Shown: positions 1-11,100 of the stretch, piece by piece | Layout: every line of letters begins with the position of its first letter | How positions within the stretch are numbered: the first letter of the stretch is position 1 | DNA from: Phoronis australis | Lineage: Eukaryota; Animalia; Phoronida | Assembly (NCBI GenBank): GCA_002633005.1 | Contig: NMRA01000352.1 | Coordinates: 402,356 to 466,355, forward strand | Reading direction: 5' to 3' | DNA: 64,000 nt | The notes under the pieces: generated by a model | Databases searched by the model: none | What the model saw: only the letters and a program-made list of their open reading frames with translations | Told to the model about the DNA's origin: nothing | Program-made: the position numbers and the translations under genes

Positions 1-599
1 AACCTCAGAGACAGGTTCTTCCATGAGTTTCTTGCAACAGAGTTTCAGTTTTTTAGTAATTTTAATGAGACCTATGAGCACATCTTGGCCATGTTTCTCA
101 ATTCATATTCTCCCCGTCTATAAACAGCCATTCTGTAATTGGGCATCAGGATAATGAATGGCACCAGCATCGCGATATCAATCCAAAAAACACTACCGGT
201 ACTGCCACACTCCAACAATATCATACTGATCATAGATTAGGACAGAGTGCAATGCAGTAATTTTCAGTTGCATTTTTTGTCAACTAGTCTTTGACCTTAC
301 ATCCGAAGAATTCTACTTTTTACCTTATAACCCCGATAAACCAAGTTCTGGTGCTAAAAACATCAATCTTTTCACAAAATGTTGCAAAAGCAACACCTTC
401 GTATCCTTATCCTTTGTTTGAGTTGGTGTTGTTTTTTTAAAACTGTTTTTCACCACACAGTACGTACACAAGATAATACATGCTACATTTGTCATGACAA
501 TACAAAGGCCTAGAATTCACAAGACCATAATTCACCTCGGCGCCTAAAACTACCCCTTCGGGACAAGCAACCAAGCCCTATATCACTCCCAACAAACAA

Positions 600-925
600 C
601 TTAATGCATACACAAGCATCGCATCTTATGTGCGAACCACTTACAAACCCATAAATCATGCGCACGGACCACAAAAATCATACATACAAACACAAAATCA
701 TACACAAGAGCATTAAATCATACACACAAACACATTTATTTATCGTTTGGTGTTCGTGCGTATGATTTGATGCTCTGCCGTACGATTTGTGTTCATATAG
801 GCGATTTTTGTGGTCTGTGCACATGATTTTTGTTTGTATGCATAATTCATGGGATTGCCTTATGCACGATTCATAGGTCTGTAGGTGATTTATACGTAAG
901 ATGTAATGCTCGTGCGTATGATTCT
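600..925. repeat. Degenerate foldback element built from ~20-bp subrepeats
   Basis: AAATCATACAC-type units at 650-735 mirrored by GTATGATTT-type units at 750-923. Confidence 0.6.
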
Positions 926-2532
926 ATGGCACCTGTGTAATGGGACTCATCAGAAGCAAAATTAAGGATCAGTCAATATTCTCAAGCCTAGAGATTGTTT
1001 TTGATCAGAGTAATGAACACAAATTTAGTTAGTGGCCTGAATTGAAACTTGATTTTTTGACTGGTGTAGGTTTATTGACCCTTGACTGGTGTAGGTTTAT
1101 TGACACTTTAATTTATTAATTTCACAAGCATAATGTCAACACAACTACTGTTGAATGTTGCTTTTGGCAACAGTTCCCATATCTAGCAGGCTACATTGAG
1201 AATTGCAACAAAAATCACAAAAATAAAAATTTTGATGTTTTATGGCTCTGATCAAAATTAATAAATTTAAGAAAACCCACCCTAAATTTCTCCAAAAAAT
1301 CCATTTTTGGTCATAAAACCAATAATGTCCTTTTAAACTGAAAAGTCAGTAGCACTGTTTAACACGGCACAGAATGGCCTGGGGCTACGGTCGTTAGCAT
1401 GCATATAAACTTCTCAAAACCAAGTAAACCATTGAATTTATCCAAACCTTTGTTGTCCTTTTATTTATCATGAAATAGGGTAAAATGTTACCAATTTAGA
1501 ACACAAAATTGGCAGACGCGTGAAATGTTTCAGAAGACAAATTAATGCTTCACTATGTTTAAAGTCTGTGCCAAACCTACAATCGTGAGATATTTTGAAA
1601 AATGTGGTGAGTGGGCATTCACAACTATATTGGCAGGCCTTGATAAATGAAAAAAAGATAAGTTTGGCAGTTATTTTTTGTCCAAAATTGGTGATATTTT
1701 ACCATAGTGATAGTTTTTTCAATACAACTCAGCAGGCATGAACCAAAAACAGTCGGCCACACTTCACACACAGGTTACTCAGTCAATTCCATACAACCTC
1801 CAACTATGAAAGGTTATTCTCAATTTATTATTTTGCACAAACCAACTATCAATAAAAACATTTTTAATTGATTTTTTCAAAATAAAAAAAGAGTTACTTG
1901 ATTGTTGTAAATTGATCACCGTACCGGGAAAAGATATTAACTTAACAACACTTGGGTCAATTTTGAAGTAATTTATTATGAATCAATAAAAACATATAAT
2001 ATCGTAAAAATAAAAATATTCAACAAGAAGCTCTTCTTACCGCAGCCTCTAATTTCTACCCTGCTACACGACAATATGTTATACAAGCTCATCCACTAGT
2101 CGGTCTGTATACTAGACAATCAATTAATTAAATATTTTTGTAATACAATGCGTCAACAGAAACCTTTGATGTTGGTTCGTCAACCACTCTGACAGCTTGT
2201 TGTGACTTAAAAGGAACTCGGTATGAGTACCAACACATGGTCAGTCACTTTGGACTTACTGACCACTGCTGTTGAAAGAACATATGGCCAGGATTTTATG
2301 ATCTAATGCTGAGGAGGTCCTGTGAGAGCAAGGGAAAATGTTCAACTTGTATCAACTGGAGAGCTACAACAAAACTAAAACACGACTTACATAGGCAGAT
2401 CCAAGGGGTCAAGAGGTACGAACCTCCCCTTTTCCATTGATTTTAGTGATATCAAATCTAGGGTTTTGAAATTGTTGATTTAGACCCCCCTTTTAAAAAT
2501 CCTTGATTCGACCCTTCTCTTTTAACAAATCC

Positions 2533-2921
2533 TGGTAAAAATTCTCCAACTTGGGACAGTGGTAAATTAATTATGTTGCTCAAGGTCAGAGCTTATACCA
2601 AATTTTAGAAATCGGTATGGTAAGTAATAATGCCTGTCCCAGTTTCAAGAATTGCTATGAATGACAAATGAACATTCCCCTTTATGTTACACGATGTGGG
2701 TATGCATGAAAATTTTGCGTTGTCGGCTACTTTTGATAATTATATAAATTGTCAAATCTATTTTCAGATTCTGAAGATACAATAACACGTGTGTCCCATA
2801 TTTGAGAAATATGACAAATGCCAAAATTATCAATGTCCCAATCTTTACAAAAATTCGATTTCCGCTGGAATTTCAGTGTCCTAAATTATAGAAACTTTCC
2901 CAAACTGGAGAATTTTCACCC
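2533..2921. mobile_element. MITE with ~25-bp imperfect TIRs
   Basis: GGTAAAAATTCTCCAACTTGGGA at left vs TCCCAAACTGGAGAATTTTCACC at right. Confidence 0.6.
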
Positions 2922-3319
2922 TAACACAGAATCATAGACATTCAAATTTAAATAATTCCATCTTGTATGAAAAATGATGCCATGGAATTTTAATAATGTT
3001 GGTGATCACAAGCAAAGAAACATCTATTTTCTTGGAAGTAGATGTCATAGTCTCGAGTCAAAAACACAATGTCTTACAAATTTACTAAGCTGCCTATCAA
3101 AATTACTAGAAACTGGCAATGCAAACACCTTGTGAAACTTGAACAATGTTTAGAATACAACATCTGCAGTAACAAGGGAATAGTAATTCAACCTTTTCAC
3201 AATAAGACCAATCAAAGCCAAGATTTGTGCCCACCCTTGAGTGCCAGACAAAGGGCATAACTACAAGGGATATCCCATATTTTCAATATCAATGCAAGGG
3301 AGACTTACTCCCCACTACT

Positions 3320-3664
3320 TAAGAACTTAAAGCACATAAGCCTGTGTTTGGTCAAAAGACCAAACTTTTGATTTAAACCACTTGTGGCTATAAAATTGGT
3401 CTCAACTTGTTCCTTATTCATAAGAGATTTATGGGTTTGCAAAGGATTGTCAGTTTGTTAATAGTTGGAACCTTGCTGGGCCCATAAAATGCCAAGCTAT
3501 GACAAGCTAATTTGCAGTGCCTAAGCTCAACCAATACAAACTGTCAGATCTTTCGAAGGCCTCAAGTCATCTCCAGTCTGACTAAGGAATAACTTGAGAC
3601 AGATTTCATGATGGTAGGTGGCCTAAATCAAGACGTATTTTTGCATGTGTTTCTTACTCCTTAA
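3320..3664. mobile_element. Old foldback MITE, TTAA at both ends
   Basis: Imperfect arms (GTCTCAACTTGTTCCTTA / TAAGGAATAACTTGAGAC; TGTCAGTTTGT / ACAAACTGTCA). Confidence 0.45.
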
Positions 3665-3879
3665 AGTTAAGACTACGGCGTCAACTGACAATGTGTGAAA
3701 AATCGACCATAGATTTTAACAACGTGCGAAAATACGTAAGTTCAAAAACACAAAAATTTATTGGGAAAGCACAGCTTCATGTCAAGCACCGACACCTGGA
3801 GGCACCAAAAAACACATTTGGGTGCAAAAAATAGCATTGGATATGCACAACAAACCCAAACATAGAAATTCAACTAACC

Positions 3880-4500
3880 CATTATAGCACTGCAGACAGC
3901 ATACTGTCTTTTAGGGGTGTTTATTTGTATCATAAAAATGGTCACTTAAGGATGAACCTGTCTGAAAATGGAAAGGTGTCGTCGTCTCCATAATAGAAAA
4001 ATATTTGCCAAATTTCAAGAAAATTCATCAAGGAACTCCGAAGGAACAGAGACAAATCTAAAAAATGCCACTAGGTGGTAGAGTGGTGATTGGATCTCTC
4101 TGAAAGAAGTCGTCACCTGTTGTCAGTTTCATAGGCCAAATTTCACAAAGATTCTACAGGAGCTTGGTAATAACATTTGAAAACTCAAAAATGCCTCTAG
4201 GGGTCACTGTTGTTTGACCAGTCTGAAAATCAATATCAGTCGTGCTCTTGTCAGTACCAACAAATCTGACGATCTCCATAATGATCCTTATTGAATAGTT
4301 TGGCGGACAGACAGGTGAGCAACAAAAAATCAAAAAATTATAAAAATGGCCATGAAGCAACATGGAATACATCAAATGAATCCAAAAACAGAAAGATGTT
4401 GCTGTCCCCACAATATAAACACATTGCCAAATTTCCATGAAATTCAGTCAGGGAACTGAAGACACTAAGATGGGAGAGCAGTAGTCAGATTCATCCAAAA
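3880..4500 (-). mobile_element. Degenerate copy of the HINE-like family
   Basis: Diverged units with GCCACTAGGTGG and GCCAAATTTC motifs homologous to 9564-11302. Confidence 0.6.
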
Positions 4501-5307
4501 GACGAGTGTCATGCATTGGCACATTTACACAACAGGAAAACACTCAGTCTTGTTAACTTTCTCACATGGTCCAGTCCAGTGGAACTCAAAGTAAAACTGT
4601 GGGGCCCGACAGCATCATTGCGGTGAGCCACAGACTTTGCCCAAAAGACCAGACAGGCCATCTTAAACTACATGGCCGTGAACGGTGAAGAAGAATGTAA
4701 CAGAGCAAGTCTCCACTGAACCTCAAAATATGTATTTTCTCTCATCAGGCATTCGTTTCAGTTCAATTTGCACATGATAACGATCAACTTTCCATGAAAG
4801 CAAGAGAAGGAAACACCCTTCTCCTAAGCCTGTCGCTAGCGAAGTGCCCGACACATACAGTCGCGCCCACATGCTCACGTAACAAAGGCGCACTGAGATG
4901 CAACAAAGACATTAGCATAAGAATAAGTGAACATTTGCAACTAAATAAGAATAACAATAAGCGTAAAGTTGCGAACGTCCCGTCACAAGAAGTTAACTTT
5001 ACCAATTGAAAGATCCTGCAAGGATTATAGCCATAGGCATGAAAAAACAAAGTACTTAACTGCTAGGGGCTAAAAAGCTACATCAGTTGCGGTCGTTTCA
5101 GAAGGAGCAAATCTGTGCCAATTTACACAAATGATCCTTCGAGCAGTTTCACAGACAGAGGGGCAGATACCAAAAATGGGTCTGAAACTTGTAATAATGG
5201 CCAATAGGTGACACAGACTATGTTAAATCCAGGTGTTTAAGAGACAGCAGTAGATGCCAGATGCCCAGGTAATTTGCGACCATATAATTATGAATGACTG
5301 GATGCAT

Positions 5308-6990
5308 AACAAGAGCGCTGAAATGCACCCACGAATGTACTGCAAACGGTGTACTTCTAAGGATGTTTATTTGTATCATAAAAATGGCCACTAGATGGCA
5401 TAAAATACATCAAATCCATCTGAAAACGGGAACATGCCATCATTTCTTTAATAGAAAGCTATTTACCAATTTTCATACAAATCAATTAAGGAACTTCAGA
5501 GAAACAAAGAAAAACAAAAAAAATGAAATTGCCACTAGGGGGCACAGCGCTTGTCAGATGCGTCTGAAAGTAATCACTGTCTGTTCTCAACTTCCTATGA
5601 ATACACTTGCTAAATTTAATAAAGATCCTGCTGCGGGTTTAGGACCTGAACAGCGGCGCCAAAAAAACTGCCACTGGGAGGCGCCACAGTAGTCGAAGTC
5701 ACCATTGTCAACCACTAGGTGATGCAAAATACCTTGAAACCATTTGAAAACGAGAGGATAGAGTTATATCCATAATAAATGCCTATGAGCCAAATTTCAC
5801 AAAAATCCGTTGAGGTCCTTTGAAGATACACAGGTAAACGTAAAAAAATAAAATTGCCAATGGGGGTCACAGTAGTCAGATCTCATTAAGGCGTTTTCCC
5901 GTTGCTCCCAACTTGTTCGATTCCATAGCCCAACAACAAGTTGGGAAGATGACCCCTGTAGCCAAATCTTACATGACTGATTTATGGTTGGAGGGCCAGC
6001 TCTCTTTTGTTCGATAATTGCTCTAATCTCCAGTCAGATCGGATCTAGCCTGACTGGGCTGTGCTGTTAAAAATAAACGTTAAGTTATAACATATTTGAA
6101 CGTAAACCAATAGCATTTCTGAGATCCTCGTCAAATGCTGATCATGTTTAGTTTTTGAATCGCCAAAATCACCCAACTGCAACCGAAGTTTCGAGAATCT
6201 ATTCTTTCCGAATGTACCAATTCGCTCTGGGCTTTGACTGTTCACACCTGGCCTGTAATAAGCCAGGTAGATAATTGGCCTGCCCGTTGTCATATCAGAC
6301 AAAAGACTATGCTTGGCAATTTACAAAGAATCTAGATGTTATCACATGCTCACAACCTTCTACGTCTGGTAAAGTCACTGTACGGGAAAACGCTGTCATG
6401 TGTCTGAAATTCGTCATCATCTGTTGTCAGATTCATAGGAGCCCATTTGCCGAAATTGATCAAGATCCTGTTAGAGGTTTAGAAAATACAGCTGCGCAAG
6501 CCGGACGCCCATACAGGGATGATGGCAATATGCACATGCAAATATGTGGGCGCATAAAAAGACCTTCAGGGTACGCAACACAGGTCAAATTGCCATCACA
6601 GTGACAACACCTGATCTGCTGACTTTCATGAGCATCCATCACAGAACGCAAAGAAAACCAAAAATTACCACTAGGAGACTCCACAGTAGTCAGAGTAGTC
6701 GCAAAATCCCCATCAGTTGCCCTCTCAATTGAAACACAAATCAAACTTCACAAGGACCCATCAAGGAACTTTGCTGATATGCCACAATTGTTAGACTCAT
6801 GCGGAAATCATCATCAGCCGTGCTCTTCTCAGTAGGAATAATTAGAACCATTTTCATGATTATTAAGAGTGGTTTGGCCGACAGAGAGAGACCGACTAAA
6901 AATAACAAAAATTGGCTACTAGCTGGCCTTTAAATGTCAAATCCATACAAAAATGGGAAGATGTCATTTACTCTCCTTACTAGAAACCTA
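5308..6990 (-). mobile_element. HINE-like (non-autonomous Helentron) copy, interrupted at ~5880-6375, with extra degenerate units after 6560
   Basis: AACAAGAG..ATGCACCCAC at 5308, GTGGGCGCATAAAAA ending at 6560, CCACTAG units. Confidence 0.7.
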
Positions 6991-7286
6991 TTATGTCACG
7001 TGATGTGGCCAACAGGTGGTGTGCAGACCAGACTTAAAATGTGTAAGCTCACATTGTTAAAGAAAAACAGTAAACTCTAACTCACAGCAGCTATTGTTAC
7101 AATTGTGTAAATTTCTCAACTCATTGAACAGCATCAACTATATATTGAGAAAACAGTGAAACAGTGACCATTTCTAAAAAAATGGAGCAAGGTCATTGTT
7201 CTGTTACATCAAATTAGAACTCAGGGACTGAGCAAATACACCAGAGTTTTTGCAGAAACAAGGGCACATGAAAATTAAAGCTACGA

Positions 7287-7330
7287 TAACCCTAACCCTA
7301 ACCATAAACCTAACCCTAACCCCATACCCA
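7287..7330 (+). repeat. Short degenerate (TAACCC)n telomere-like tract
   Basis: taaccctaaccctaaccataaacctaaccctaacccc. Confidence 0.7.
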
Positions 7331-8055
7331 CCTATGGGAAACTAGGGCACAAGCTCGTTGCATAGATATGGGTAGATAGGCGTAACTATTGTTAACTTTG
7401 TTTTTCTTTCTTATAATAAAGATAGTTGTAAGCATTTATCGGCAACCGGTGGATGTGCACCCAAGGTGTGATATCCGTGCGGCCTGTATTGAATAGAATG
7501 TTCAAGTCAACTAATTGAGTTTTGTCTCCAGCAATAACATACAGTCACTTCTGCCCAAGGTCAGAAATCACAGAAATCACAGATAGCAAGAAGTATTATC
7601 AGGCCAGCTTTATACACGTGTTTTCATTAACAAATTAGTATTTTGACAGAAGGTGGTTAATTGCAGTTTTAAGATGGCATAATCACTATGTGTTGAAGAA
7701 CTGAGCTCTCAGTAATTGATAGCTTCTTTAATCCGAATAGCTAGGTGTTTCGAGACAAGAAGACAAATAACCACATGACAACCAAGTGAATATCTTTAAT
7801 GGTAAAACATTAACTACAAGTATCATCGCTGTTTTCGCACGGATAACAATAGAAATAAAGCTACATTCAATACCTTGTTAATTTTCACAATTAATGTATG
7901 GACCGGACTGCACAAAGTTCACCAGCTGCTTCTGCCGGTAATTCGCTACTGCAAGCTTTTTTGTTTTAGTGTGAACTTAGCAACTTTGACTCAAAGTAAT
8001 AATTGTCGTACAAAGCTGGTGTTATTGCACAAATACCTTATACAGACAGCACAGT

Positions 8056-8144
8056 TTACAACTTCGATATAAGTTTCTGTTGTTTGTACGTATGTCTAGC
8101 ATTTCCTTCAAATGAAGAGTTAGCTGTATTCAAGGCTTTCATAT
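8056..8144 (-). CDS. TYSND1: TYSND1 terminal exon encoding PTS1 (...KQQKLISKL*)
   Basis: Strong acceptor ttttttttacag, phase 1, open frame ending TCG AAG TTG TAA; candidate ATTAAA at 7795-7800 downstream. Confidence 0.8.
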
Positions 8145-11100
8145 CTGTAAAAAAACAATTGGCAAGAGTTATGACACTCATGTTCAAGACTTACTGCCAT
8201 CTTTAGTTACTTTGTAGAACCAATTGGAAGAAAAGGATAGCCTTGTAAATGTTTAACGGGGGTATGGCTTCCATACGTAAATATGCACCTATAAATCCAT
8301 GCAATAGTACTACACTCAAACACGCCATCTTAAAATATGTAAAAACTATTCAGCAAAAATTTTGAGTTTGTTGTCGTAAATAAAACTGAAAAAGCAAAGT
8401 CGGTTCTGGTCTTTTGCTTCGACTCAATTTGAAACCAGCACTCACAGACTAAAAAATGCCGATATTGGCTGTGTTTGCTGTTCACCCCTCATTATAATTT
8501 CCACAATGCCGGCCCAAATAAATTTCAACGGAGGTCTTGTGATTTGCACAAAGGCGTGAAAGCAAGGCTTGAAATGCCATGATCTGCCAAGCAATAAGTG
8601 AAAAAAATTAAATTGCACATCATTACGTCTCAGGTGAATATTCTTTATTTCAAAAAGTGAGAAACTAAAAATACCGCACCAGCAACTCAATCTTCAAACA
8701 CAGACCAGAACCAACAATACTTTTTTGGCCTAAAACAAAACCTACAGCATCGACATTTTGTCACATTTCCAACAAAAAGTATGCATACGTCTGTCAGATG
8801 GTAAACAAAATTAGTGAAATGACGCGCATTTTGTTGGATATTGTCTTCCCAATACATATGGTACCAATTACATGCACACAAGCAGTCATCCTCTGTAGCC
8901 AGGATGGTATGCAATCAGATTGGAAAAAGACTTTTAGTTTTATCATACTGAGATTTATTTGAAAACCATAACACAACTTCCATAGCTGCTTCTTTTGACA
9001 TCATTCGTACCTTCTCTGGTTAAGTTCCACACTTCAAATTTGGCCTCAAGTGCTTGACGCAATTTATTCAGCTTTTCAGATAAAACGTCTGAAATGACAA
9101 AATAACAACCAAACATTAATCAACAAGAATAAAAGTGACAACTGCATGCTCAAATCTCACCAATTTCCTAGCTGACTTTTTTAAGATTTCAAAATACTTC
9201 TCACACTGTTGTGAATGTCGACCATTTTTCAACACTATGTCTGATGACATGGCATATAACTTGAAAAAATAAGCTTTTATTTGGAAAAATAAAAATTTGT
9301 ATTCCCGACCTATGGTTTTCTTAAAGTGCTGAGATTTGACCATGATATGAGCACGGAAAGGATGTCCAATGTGTCCTTTACAACACCCTTGCATTCTGGC
9401 GTTAACTCACCAGTGGTCTTGATTATAACAAAGGCCCCATCACAGGCAAGACAGCGCTGTAGTATTACAGCACACGATTTGTTAACGAGATCTCTGGAGA
9501 TGGTCAGAAACCATAAACCCAGACTATATTTGAACTCGCGACAGCAACGACGATTCAGTTTTAAACAAGAGCAACGCGCGAAGCGTTGAAATGCACCCAC
9601 AAATGCACTGCAAATGGTGTGCTTCTAGGCATTTTTGTTTCACGAAAAAAGCCACTAGATGGCACAAAAACGTCTAATCCATCTGAAAACGAGGACATGC
9701 AATCACTTATTTAATAGAAAGCTATTTGACAAATTTTATAAAAATCTGTCCAGGAACTTCAGAGAAACAAAGGAAAACAGAAAAAAATGAAATAACCACT
9801 ATGGGGCGCAGCGTTCGTTGGATGTGCCTGAAAGGCATCGTTTTCTTTTGTTAGCTTCATATAAATACAATTACTAAATTTAAACGATCCTGCAGTGGGT
9901 TTAGGAGATGCAGCTATGGGTGCAAAACAAAACAAAACTACCAATAGGAGGACCCACAGTAGTCGAATTCGTCATCGTCACCTGTCTTCTTCACACTGAG
10001 AACATATACACCAATTTCCAAAATCATCCTTAGAATGGTTTGCTTGATCAAGGGGTGGATGCAATCGCAGACTCGAAAACAGCAAAAATGGCCACTAGGT
10101 GGTGCAAAGTACCTCGATTCCATCCGAAAACGAGACAATAGCATCATCTCACCAATAGATGCCTATATTCCAAATTTTCTGAAAATCCTATGAGGATCTT
10201 TGAAGATGAAGAGGTAAACCTAAACAACTAAAATCGCCACTAGGGGGCACACCGCTAGTAAGATCTGTGCGAAAGTTGTCGTCATCCGTAGTCAACATCA
10301 TATAAATGCACATTCTAAATTGAGTAAAGATCCTGCAAACGGATTAGAAGAAACAGCCATGGGCGCAAAAAAAAACAAAACTGCCACTAGGAGGCACCAC
10401 AGTAGTTGAAGTCACCGCAAAATCATCGTAATCCGTCCTCTTTGTAGTAAGAACATACATGCCAATTTTCACAATCATCCTTAGAGCGGTTTGGTTGCTA
10501 GATTTAGGGTGCATGTCAAAAAACAGACTTGAAAACATTAAAAATGGCCACTAGATGGCGCAAACTAAGTCGAAGCCATCTCAAAATGGCAGGATAGCGT
10601 CATCTCACTAATAGATGCCTATATGCCAAAATTACAGAATTACAAATTACATTGAGGACTGTTGAAAATACAGAGGTAAACGTAAAAAACTAAAATTGCC
10701 ACTAGGGACACACCGCTAGTCAGATCTGTCCAAAATCCATTGTCGTCCGGAGTCAACATCATATAAATATAGTTGCTAAGTTTAGTAAAGATCTTGCAAA
10801 TGGTTTAGGAGATTCAGCCATGGGCACAAAAAAAACTGCCACTAAGAGGCGCCACACTAGTCCAAATCGTCAGAAAATTATCTTCAGCCGCCCTCTTCAT
10901 AGTAAGAACATACATGCCAATTTTTACAATCATCCTTAGAGCGGTTTGGTTGATAAAGGGTTGGACCCCAAAAAAACAGACTCGAAAACAGAAAAAAATG
11001 GCCACTAGATGGCGCAAACTATGTCAAATCCATCCAAAAACGGAAGGATAGTTTCATCTCCCTAATAGATGCCTATATGCCTAATCTTATGAAAATACGT

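Noticed and set aside
7287-7330. Telomere or chromosome-fusion site
   Set aside because: Only about six degenerate units in one orientation; such tracts are common inside repeats.
9759-11017. Recurrent similar short ORFs (e.g. LRMIVKIGMYV, RYFAPPSGHF) here and at 20.4-20.9, 44.8-45.7 and 47.3-48.5 kb
   Set aside because: They are translations of the tandem repeat units; frames and stops differ between copies and there is no domain signature.
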